A stretch of 64,000 bases of DNA from Candidatus Parcubacteria bacterium. GTDB taxonomy: Bacteria; Patescibacteriota; Minisyncoccia; SURF-38. Below the pieces are notes generated by a model that saw only the letters and a program-made list of their open reading frames with translations, was not told the DNA's origin and did no database searches. This document shows positions 19,529 through 27,064 of this stretch, in pieces. Positions within the stretch are counted from its first letter, which is position 1. Each line of letters opens with the position of its first letter. The translations under genes and the position numbers were made by a program. Location: assembly GCA_003599335.1 (NCBI GenBank), contig QZJN01000007.1, forward strand, positions 812 through 64,811, given 5' to 3'.

Positions 19529-20623
19529 ATGAAACTTGCACTTTATCGCAAATATCGCCCTCAAACCTTTGAAGAAGTCGTTGGCCAGGAACCAATAGTA
19601 CAAACCCTTACCAATGCTTTAAGACTTGGACGTATTTCCCACGCCTATCTTTTCACAGGCCCTCGGGGTTCTGGAAAAACAACCCTTGCGCGTTTGTTTG
19701 CAAAAGCAGCCAATTGTTTTAGCCCAAAAGACGGCCTGCCGGATAATAAGTGCTTAAATTGCCAGCAATATAACGCCGGTTCTCATATGGATTTGATTGA
19801 AATAGACGCAGCTTCAAATAGAGGCATCGATGAAATGCGCGAGCTTCGCGAAGGCACGAAGTTTTCGCCCACCCAGTCAAAATACAAAGTCTTCATAATA
19901 GATGAAGTGCACATGCTTACCAAAGAAGCCTTCAACGCGCTCCTTAAAACTTTGGAAGAGCCGCCCAGCCACATAATCTTTATTCTTGCGACAACAGAAA
20001 TTCAAAAAGTTCCTCCCACGATTATATCTCGCTGCCAGCGCTTTGATTTTAAAAAACTAACTATTGATATTATTATCAAGCGCTTAACTAAACTGGCCAA
20101 GCTTGAAAATATCAAAATTGAACCAGATGCTCTGCGCTTAATCGCGGCCTCTGCCGAAGGGGGCCTGCGCGATGCCGAATCTTTGCTTGATCAGGCCGGA
20201 ATATTGAAAGATAAAACAATAACCAAAGAAGATGTTGAGATGCTTCTTGGACGGCTGGATATAAACCTTGTTTTGGAATTTATTGAATTGCTTTCAAAAA
20301 AAGACACAAAAGGAGCAATTCAATATTTAAACAATCTTATTAGTGAAGGCCACGATATAACCTTGTTTTCAAAAATGCTCGTTGAGTACGCCCGCAAAAT
20401 GCTCGTTGTAAAAATAAACCCTGAAATGCTTGAAAGCATTGCTCCAGAATGCGCCAAAGAACAACAAGAAAAATTAAAGGCGCTTATTGGCACTTTTGAG
20501 TTAAAAGAACTCCAAAACTTTGCAGAAATTTTTGTCGGAGCCAATACTCGGGCGCCCCGCATTCCCCTACCAATATTGGCGCTGGAACTTGCGGTTGTTG
20601 AATTTTTAAGCCCGAAAAGCTAA
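19529..20623 (+). CDS. dnaX: DNA polymerase III subunit gamma/tau (short, 364 aa)
   Basis: HAYLFTGPRGSGKTT Walker A, DEVHML box and SRC motif. The tau C-terminal extension is absent. Confidence 0.85.
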   Translation: MKLALYRKYRPQTFEEVVGQEPIVQTLTNALRLGRISHAYLFTGPRGSGKTTLARLFAKAANCFSPKDGLPDNKCLNCQQYNAGSHMDLIEIDAASNRGIDEMRELREGTKFSPTQSKYKVFIIDEVHMLTKEAFNALLKTLEEPPSHIIFILATTEIQKVPPTIISRCQRFDFKKLTIDIIIKRLTKLAKLENIKIEPDALRLIAASAEGGLRDAESLLDQAGILKDKTITKEDVEMLLGRLDINLVLEFIELLSKKDTKGAIQYLNNLISEGHDITLFSKMLVEYARKMLVVKINPEMLESIAPECAKEQQEKLKALIGTFELKELQNFAEIFVGANTRAPRIPLPILALELAVVEFLSPKS

Positions 20624-20637
20624 AATAAATTACTCTT

Positions 20638-20708
20638 TGCGGGATCGTCTAATGGTAGGACACCAGCCTTTGGAGCTGGGTATCTTGGTTCGAATCCAAG
20701 TCCCGCAG
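20638..20708 (+). tRNA. tRNA-Gln (anticodon UUG)
   Basis: Cloverleaf folds by hand. Acceptor stem TGCGGGA/TCCCGCA with U1-A72. Anticodon arm CCAGC-CTTTGGA-GCTGG. TPsiC arm CTTGG-TTCGAATC-CCAAG. Discriminator G. CCA is not encoded. Confidence 0.8.
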
Positions 20709-20712
20709 CAAT

Positions 20713-21495
20713 ATGCAACTTCTTAGTATCTTAGAACCACCTTCAAAAGAAGCACTCCAAGCTTTTGCCAAGAAAAGAAATATTGATGAGTATTTGGTAA
20801 AAGATTATCACCATCCGCAGGAAGATTTTTTAGTTGTTTCGGAAACCCCTCCTGTCTTTGTTGTTTCTGATGGTGTTACTTTAAACTTCAACAAACTGAT
20901 AGAAACCAAAACAAAATACCCAAACCCCTCCCCCGCCGGGGACGTTTCAAAAATATTTTGCCAAGCCGTTGTCCAAAAAGCCAAAGAAAAGCATGAAACG
21001 CTTGGTGAAGCTGACATTGCGGAAATATTTAAATACGCCAATAACGAAGTTGGAAAATACAACGAAAAAGTCGGCAAAAGCGATATTGCCGGAAACCCGA
21101 CTGGTTATTATGCCGCTACCGGCTCGTTCGTAATTATCAAAAACAATAAGGCTTACTGGGCTTCAATATGCGACTCTTACGTCGCTTTTTTTGATAATAA
21201 AATGAACTCTAAATTTATGTCTTCCGGCTCGTGCAGGCCTTACGCTGTTATCAACGGCGAGGAAAGAATGGTAAATCACGTAGAAAAAGGTGTCTTTAAT
21301 TTAGAAAACGGAGATTATATATTTGTCTTTACCGATGGATTTGCAGATTATGTTAAAAACAAAGATTTTTCAGAATTATTTAAAAATTGGGATAAAAACC
21401 TCAAAGAAAGCATCGCTGAATTTTCAAAAGAGATGAACCTGGCAGACCCCGAAAAATACGGCCACGAACGTTCGCTAATAGCCGTTTTGGTATAA
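20713..21495 (+). CDS. PP2C/SpoIIE-like serine/threonine phosphatase (putative)
   Basis: VVSDGVT and IFVFTDGFADYV motifs, then ERSLIAVLV at the C-terminus. Weak resemblance to PP2C. Confidence 0.4.
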   Translation: MQLLSILEPPSKEALQAFAKKRNIDEYLVKDYHHPQEDFLVVSETPPVFVVSDGVTLNFNKLIETKTKYPNPSPAGDVSKIFCQAVVQKAKEKHETLGEADIAEIFKYANNEVGKYNEKVGKSDIAGNPTGYYAATGSFVIIKNNKAYWASICDSYVAFFDNKMNSKFMSSGSCRPYAVINGEERMVNHVEKGVFNLENGDYIFVFTDGFADYVKNKDFSELFKNWDKNLKESIAEFSKEMNLADPEKYGHERSLIAVLV

Positions 21496-21502
21496 TAAAG
21501 AT

Positions 21503-22393
21503 ATGAACTGGGTTTTACTTTCTTTGCTCGCTCCCCTATTTTGGGCTGTTTCCAATTTTGTCGATAAATACATTCTTGGGAAATACACAAAGAGTATTTA
21601 TGATTTCCTTTTCTTTTCAACAATAACTAGTTGGGCATTATTTCTTATACTCTTCCTCTTTATAGGAATGCCCGAACTAACAATATACTCATGGATACCC
21701 ATCGCAACAGGCGTTATTCTTATTTATTCTTACGGTTTTTATGGAAAAGCGCTTGAACAAGGAGACACCTCATCATTAGTTATCCTTTTTAAACTCATCC
21801 CCGTATTTACAGTAATTTTGGCATTTATATTTTTGGGCCAAGCCTTATCAACTAATGAACTCATCGGGTTCTTTATTGTTTTAATCGGCGCAACCATGGT
21901 GTCGCTAGAAAGAACGAAAAGCTTTTTTATTAAAGGTTTTGGGATGATACTGATAGCAATCGTAATGTGGTCGGTGATGACGCTATTCATAGATTTTGGG
22001 CTGACCAAAATGTCTTTTTGGGATTATTTTTTGCTTGATAATTTGGGTTCGGCTCTCGCCGGGTTAACACTTTTTATTGTGCCGACCATGAGAAAAGAAG
22101 TAATAGATGGAATAAAAACGGCAACGGGCGGTAAATACTTTTGGTATTCGTGGAATAATATGTTGGACTTTTTTGGCCAAATGAGTATTAAAAAAGCTCT
22201 CGCAATTGCTTCATCTGCCGGGCTCGTTACGGTCGTTATGCAAGTACAATCTTTCTATGCAATCGTTATAGGGATATTGCTAACATTGTTTGTGCCGCAT
22301 ATCATCAAAGAAGATATTGCAGTAAAAACTTTGACCAAAAAAGTCATTGGGGCCGCAATAATGTTTTCCGGTGTTTATATATTATTTCGGTAG
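21503..22393 (+). CDS. EamA/DMT-superfamily transporter
   Basis: About ten TM segments in two repeated halves. Confidence 0.5.
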   Translation: MNWVLLSLLAPLFWAVSNFVDKYILGKYTKSIYDFLFFSTITSWALFLILFLFIGMPELTIYSWIPIATGVILIYSYGFYGKALEQGDTSSLVILFKLIPVFTVILAFIFLGQALSTNELIGFFIVLIGATMVSLERTKSFFIKGFGMILIAIVMWSVMTLFIDFGLTKMSFWDYFLLDNLGSALAGLTLFIVPTMRKEVIDGIKTATGGKYFWYSWNNMLDFFGQMSIKKALAIASSAGLVTVVMQVQSFYAIVIGILLTLFVPHIIKEDIAVKTLTKKVIGAAIMFSGVYILFR

Positions 22394-22465
22394 TATGATT
22401 AAACTTTAGAAAATTGTAAGGTAAATCCAAACAATATTAATCAAAAGCCAAAAAGACTATCTCTT

Positions 22466-24055
22466 ATGGAGCTATCTCCTACAGATCTTCTCTCAAAAGG
22501 ATACTTTCCGGAGGAATTGCCACCACCATTTCAAACCGTGGTATTGGGACAAAAGTTTTCAAAATTAGAGAAACAGCTTTCAAAAGTTACCAAAAAATTT
22601 AGGCAAGCTCATGCAAAGTCGAGTTGCATAAAATACACCGCTCCAAAAAGAGGTTTTTCGAGACGCAACTTTAATATTCCAAATCCTTTCCACTTTATAG
22701 AGCTAGTTAGATTACTAAACGACAATAAAACATCGATTTTAAAAATTTTAAAATCATCAGAGTATTCTATTTTTCTAAAAGAAAGGCTTAGGAATGACTG
22801 GAACGAATTTGCAAAGGATAGATTTGTAAAATCACAAGACTACATTTATGAGTTGAAAACTGATATAGCTCGTTACTTTCCAACCATTTATACTCATAGT
22901 ATTTCTTGGGCTATTCACGGTAAAAAAATTGCGAAGTCTAACAAAAGTAACCCGAGCCTCTGGGGCAATGAACTAGATAAAAAGGTAAGAAACCTGCAGG
23001 ATAATCAAACCATAGGAATCCCCGTTGGCCCTCATGTTTCTAGAATAATTGCAGAGTTAATAGGTTGCGAGGTAGATAAAAAGTTGAAAGAGTGGATACT
23101 TAAAGAAAATCTCGATGTTCTTGTTTTTAGATATATTGATGACTACTTTTTATACTTTTCAGAAGAAAGTACAGGAGAAAAAATCTTAAACTCGCTTCAA
23201 TCAATTTTAGACGATTTTAACCTAGAAATTAATCACAATAAAACTGAGGTAACAAAATTTCCCTTTGGTCTAGAGCCTAAATGGGTCAGCGACTTAAGAT
23301 CATTTACCATACGCAAAAAGAACCCCGAACAAATATTCGATATCATGGATTTTTTTAGCATAGCTCTTAACTACACTAACGAACACAAAAATGAATCTAT
23401 CCTAAAATATTCTCTAATAAAACTTCGTAATACAAAAATAATTGATCGAAACTGGGATTACTTCGAAGCTTGGCTACTAAAAATTCTTTTGTATAATACC
23501 AATGTTCTGCCAGAAATACTTAGTTTATTCTTATTAAACCAAGGTAAACTAAACGCAGATAGAATAAAGCAAGCAATTGAAAAACTAATTGTAACAAGCA
23601 TCAAAAAGAAAAATAACTACGAAATCGCTTGGAGTCTCTGGATTGCTAAATCTCTAAAGATTAAATTATCTAGTCAATTAGTTAGTGGGGTGTTTCAATT
23701 AGAAGATCCGATTTCAATTTTAATTGCATTAGATTTAATCAATTCTAATCTAATTATCGGAACCACTAAAAAATATCTCAATTCTTTAGGAAATTCTTTA
23801 AGTCAAAATTCTCTTTTTAACGAATACTGGCTACTAGCTTACGAAAGTAGCATTAAAGGATGGCTAAAAATACCAAAATTAAATTTGCAGAACGACGAAT
23901 TTTATAAAACTCTATACAAAGAAAAAGTGAGTTTCTATGACAGCAAAAAACAAATTTACTATGCTCCTTACAGCAGACGAAAAAAAAGAACTGCTAAGGA
24001 AAAGAATAATTTTATTGGTTTTACCCGCATATTTAAACGTCCATCTTTTTATTGA
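22466..24055 (+). CDS. stand-alone reverse transcriptase, AbiK/Abi-P2-like (abortive-infection class)
   Basis: RT motifs: APKRGFSRRNFNIPNP (motifs 1/2), DIARYFPTIYTHSISWAIHGK (A), GIPVGPHVSRIIAELI (B') and VFRYIDDYFLYF (C, YIDD). NLEINHNKTEV follows as motif D. A C-terminal helical extension of about 250 aa follows. No maturase or endonuclease domain. Confidence 0.75.
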   Translation: MELSPTDLLSKGYFPEELPPPFQTVVLGQKFSKLEKQLSKVTKKFRQAHAKSSCIKYTAPKRGFSRRNFNIPNPFHFIELVRLLNDNKTSILKILKSSEYSIFLKERLRNDWNEFAKDRFVKSQDYIYELKTDIARYFPTIYTHSISWAIHGKKIAKSNKSNPSLWGNELDKKVRNLQDNQTIGIPVGPHVSRIIAELIGCEVDKKLKEWILKENLDVLVFRYIDDYFLYFSEESTGEKILNSLQSILDDFNLEINHNKTEVTKFPFGLEPKWVSDLRSFTIRKKNPEQIFDIMDFFSIALNYTNEHKNESILKYSLIKLRNTKIIDRNWDYFEAWLLKILLYNTNVLPEILSLFLLNQGKLNADRIKQAIEKLIVTSIKKKNNYEIAWSLWIAKSLKIKLSSQLVSGVFQLEDPISILIALDLINSNLIIGTTKKYLNSLGNSLSQNSLFNEYWLLAYESSIKGWLKIPKLNLQNDEFYKTLYKEKVSFYDSKKQIYYAPYSRRKKRTAKEKNNFIGFTRIFKRPSFY

Positions 24056-24099
24056 CATAGCTCAATACTCTTCCTCTCCTAAAATCGTTCATTAACCCA

Positions 24100-24465
24100 A
24101 TGATCTCCACACGCATACTTATTTTTCACACGACACTCCTTATTGGTTTTATAACTGCCTCTGTGGCTTCGTCTGTTATAACAATGGTTTTTCCAGAACT
24201 TTTGCCCGGGAAATATCTTTTGTTTGGCGTGATCCTGCTAACCGGGCTTATCCTTGGTTCCTGGTCATTATTTCGCGGATGCCCTTTCACTGTGTGGGAA
24301 AATAAATATCGCGAACGCGAACGCCCCGGCTCGGCGTATCGCGGCCCCTGCATTGATAGATATATAAAAGAATGGTTCAACGTCCGCCTGCCCGCGCGAT
24401 TGAGCACATTTATACTTCTTGGCTTTCTCATCTTCCCCGCCATAACCGGCCTACTCAATTGGTAA
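24100..24465 (+). CDS. small membrane protein, DUF2784-like
   Basis: Three TM helices with a GCPFTVWEN...R motif. GC is intermediate between the host and the island. Confidence 0.4.
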   Translation: MISTRILIFHTTLLIGFITASVASSVITMVFPELLPGKYLLFGVILLTGLILGSWSLFRGCPFTVWENKYRERERPGSAYRGPCIDRYIKEWFNVRLPARLSTFILLGFLIFPAITGLLNW

Positions 24466-24528
24466 AACACATTCTCCCTCCAAAACAAAAAGCTAAAGCC
24501 CACCAACAACCTCTCAACAACATCGTAT

Positions 24529-24544
24529 GTTAACAATTGTTAAC
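24529..24544. promoter_or_regulatory. perfect 16-bp palindrome GTTAACAATTGTTAAC (copy 3)
   Basis: Exact third copy, at the left edge of the high-GC island. Confidence 0.5.
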
Positions 24545-24641
24545 GTAAGTTTTTTATTCAGGTTTTACTTTTTGTCTCTCCTCCCTCAAAACTCCCCTTT
24601 CATCTCGCCGCAATTTCAACAAAGACTGACAAAAACAAAAA

Positions 24642-24672
24642 GAGCCAATCCCTTTCGGAACTGGCTCTTTGT
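24642..24672 (-). terminator. rho-independent terminator hairpin
   Basis: AGAGCCA...TGGCTCT stem, with T-runs on the minus strand and a weaker T-run on the plus strand. Lies directly 3' of the minus-strand island gene. Confidence 0.5.
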
Positions 24673-24693
24673 TTGAAAGACCGATGTTGGAAA

Positions 24694-25779
24694 CTAGTTG
24701 GCGCCGGCCGCGGCTGCAGCCTGGTCCATTGTTTCTTCCGGAGTTTCCGAAAGATCCAAGGGCGGTGCAGTTTCGTTCGGCCGGAGACGCCGCGTGCGCT
24801 TGCCGGAGTTGACGTGATTCAGCAGCATTTGGTAAAGGATCTCACGCGCCTTGCCACTGGCCGAAGCCAGATTGACAATGTACGGATCGGTTACCGGGAA
24901 GAGCTTGATCTTGCGGATCAAATCCCTCTCCACAAAAAACCGCTTATCACGCCAGAAATCCTGGTGCCTCGAGAACAACGTTGCTAGGCAGATCAGGAAG
25001 GTGTTGCGCAGGTACGCGGCGCCTTCGCGAATCGTCACAATGCGGATACCCCAGCACTGATCGAGTATGTCAGAGAAGGTTCGTGCGTTCTCGCGCAGAA
25101 CATTCGGGCCTGTAACCTCCATGATTTTCTGGAGGCCACGAGCCAACTCGTCAGTTTTGCTCCCGCGGCCAGGGCCAAGGTGAGAGTGCAGCGCGCCAAC
25201 CGCCTTACAGAAAGTCAAGGCAGTGATCAACTCGCCGTGCTTCATCCGCTGGCTCCAGGAAATCTTGCCGTGCATGACGAACCCGCGATCGCGAGTCGTC
25301 AAGCTGAACAAGTGAGAGACAACAGGGAACTCGTGCTGGAGATTGCGGAGCAGAATGTTGGGAGAAAGCTTTGTCCGCTCGGTGTTGAGGATGCGGAAAC
25401 GGTCCCGTTCCCACTCCTCGGTTGTATTGAAATGAACCGTGCAGCCCAGGCGTGGCGACTTGCCAGTACCCAGCTGCATCAGACGCATCGCCGCGGTCAC
25501 CCGCTGCAGACCGTCGATGATGAAAACATCGTTCTTGAGGTAGAAAGCCCCGTCGCGCTCCATAAAATCCCCTCCCCGCATCCCAAGTTCAATGTCGGGA
25601 ACGGTGCTCTTTTGGAACGCTTCGATGAGCGTGTTGATTTTGGCCAACGGCAGAACCTCGCGCTGATAGGGAGCAGTCTGCAATTGGTGCAACGAACCCG
25701 GGTCAACCTCACCTCGGAGAATAATGTCTTTCTTCTCCTCGCTGAGAGCAGCCCGTACTACCTTAACTGAATCGCGCAT
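24694..25779 (-). CDS. ParB/Srx-fold protein with DGQHR/DUF262-like motif (IIDGLQRVTA)
   Basis: 361 aa, GC-rich codon usage. IIDGLQRV resembles the DndB DGQHR and DUF262 DGQQR(LTT) ParB-like motifs. The SD (AAGGAGG) sits 11 nt upstream. Confidence 0.4.
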   Translation of the reverse strand: MRDSVKVVRAALSEEKKDIILRGEVDPGSLHQLQTAPYQREVLPLAKINTLIEAFQKSTVPDIELGMRGGDFMERDGAFYLKNDVFIIDGLQRVTAAMRLMQLGTGKSPRLGCTVHFNTTEEWERDRFRILNTERTKLSPNILLRNLQHEFPVVSHLFSLTTRDRGFVMHGKISWSQRMKHGELITALTFCKAVGALHSHLGPGRGSKTDELARGLQKIMEVTGPNVLRENARTFSDILDQCWGIRIVTIREGAAYLRNTFLICLATLFSRHQDFWRDKRFFVERDLIRKIKLFPVTDPYIVNLASASGKAREILYQMLLNHVNSGKRTRRLRPNETAPPLDLSETPEETMDQAAAAAGAN

Positions 25780-25877
25780 AAAGCGACGATCCTCCTTGTG
25801 AAGATTGGCTTTGACTCCCTTATGCCATATTGGCTGGGATGGTAAGCCAATTTTTTTATATCAAACAAAAACTAAAG

Positions 25878-25911
25878 TGTCAAGCAATTTTCTGTCTCCC
25901 GTGGCTTGACA
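25878..25911 (+). promoter_or_regulatory. inverted repeat TGTCAAGC-N18-GCTTGACA overlapping a TTGACA -35 hexamer
   Basis: Exact 8-bp inverted repeat in the divergent promoter region between the DGQHR-like gene and the three-ORF unit. Confidence 0.35.
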
Positions 25912-25959
25912 GAATTATATTTTTATACAATAATCTTTCCAGACTTTAAGGAGGTACAC

Positions 25960-26295
25960 ATGGAGGAAAAGCTCTTTTTGCTCAAGAAGAAACACAAACA
26001 CGAACTGGCGGCCGTTCCCGGAGGAGACCACCCAACCTTTGATTCCGACGAGTTCGTTGTCGGCACATCTCCCGAAGAAGTGATCGATCGGATTTTCAAT
26101 GAGGAGAAAGCCAAACGCGACGAGTGGGAACGCAAGATGGAAACCGCGGAAACCCAGGATGTTGTAGATGACCCCATCGGAACTTTTCCGCCGGTTCTCC
26201 CCGTGCGCAAAGAAGAATGGAAGGCCGAGGAAGTGAAAGTTGATGGCTACACCATCATCCTGGAAAAACAACCCGAACCCTCTCCTGCGACCTGA
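25960..26295 (+). CDS. hypothetical acidic protein (111 aa)
   Basis: Strong SD (AAGGAGG) 7 nt before the ATG. GC-rich codons. No recognisable motif. Confidence 0.45.
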   Translation: MEEKLFLLKKKHKHELAAVPGGDHPTFDSDEFVVGTSPEEVIDRIFNEEKAKRDEWERKMETAETQDVVDDPIGTFPPVLPVRKEEWKAEEVKVDGYTIILEKQPEPSPAT

Positions 26296-26326
26296 TTTAA
26301 ATCGCTCTCTGAATCTGGAGGAAACC

Positions 26327-26545
26327 ATGGAAAATCGCCAGGTTGTTTTTGTGGAAGCGATTATCAAAGACGAAGAACTCAAAGCTGGCCAAAACCCGCG
26401 CATTCGGCCAAACGAACTTCTGGAACGTGGCCTTGAAGCTCGCCGCGCCGAGGGATGGTGCGATGTTTTTGCCCTTCCCTTGCCCACGCCCGATGGTGGC
26501 CAAAAATGGGCCATCGTTTTCCACCGCCATAACCATCTTCACTAG
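26327..26545 (+). CDS. hypothetical small protein (72 aa)
   Basis: GGAGG SD upstream. Same transcription unit as the preceding ORF. Confidence 0.4.
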   Translation: MENRQVVFVEAIIKDEELKAGQNPRIRPNELLERGLEARRAEGWCDVFALPLPTPDGGQKWAIVFHRHNHLH

Positions 26546-26642
26546 CCTTCGCAGAAAAGCTCAAAGCTTAGTACGCGAGGGCTTTTCTGTTTATTGACAG
26601 GATAACACTTATATGTTAATTAAGTTTTATACAGGAGGTGTC

Positions 26643-26936
26643 ATGTTTCAGTTCTTCAAAGACTGGCGACGCAGGTGGCGGGAGAAAAAGCGGCGACGGC
26701 TTTTGGACGAACTTGCGTGGGTGGAAAGTCAAATCTCCAGCATCACGCAGGAAAACGCCCAAACCAAAAAGCTCCATACGCGCCTGGCCGAGGAAAGCGC
26801 CGTGGTTTTTGACCAGGAGAGAGACTCTCGTTTTGCGGCTCGTTCAAGCGAGCGCGCCCAGAATGCAATCCTCCTTGGCCGGTACCAACGCGAAAAAAAG
26901 CTCATTGAGCGAGAGCTCGCTTCCCTCCCCGCCTAA
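26643..26936 (+). CDS. hypothetical basic/coiled-coil protein (97 aa)
   Basis: AGGAGGTG SD. Arg/Lys-rich N-terminus followed by a heptad-like helical region. Confidence 0.45.
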   Translation: MFQFFKDWRRRWREKKRRRLLDELAWVESQISSITQENAQTKKLHTRLAEESAVVFDQERDSRFAARSSERAQNAILLGRYQREKKLIERELASLPA

Positions 26937-26951
26937 AGCACAGCAGCAAAA

Positions 26952-26993
26952 GGCCCGGACCGATCTAACCAATCGCGCCGGGCCTTTTCTTTT
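26952..26993 (+). terminator. terminator-like hairpin GGCCCGG...CCGGGCC followed by TTTTCTTTTCTT (repeat copy A)
   Basis: 7-bp GC stem with a long loop and a T-run. Closely related to the copy at 28004-28046. Confidence 0.45.
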
Positions 26994-26994
26994 C

Positions 26995-27023
26995 TTGACA
27001 TAAGTAAATTATCATTTTATTAT
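26995..27023 (+). promoter_or_regulatory. sigma70-type promoter (TTGACA, 17-nt spacer, TATTAT)
   Basis: Near-consensus hexamers 42 nt upstream of the PyrD-like gene start. Confidence 0.45.
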
Positions 27024-27064
27024 CGCAACATCCTGAAAGACGGGAAAACTACAAGGAGGAGACG

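Noticed and set aside
22394-22465. Possible retron msr/msd ncRNA or group II intron structure associated with the RT
   Set aside because: Only 72 nt separate the upstream gene from the RT start and only 44 nt follow its stop. No long inverted repeats, no domain V-like hairpin, and the RT lacks X/maturase and En domains.
24126-24536. 136-aa minus-strand ORF overlapping the DUF2784-like gene and starting inside palindrome copy 3
   Set aside because: Arg-rich and low-complexity, typical of an antisense read-through of GC-elevated DNA. The plus-strand ORF has clean TM helices and a conserved motif.
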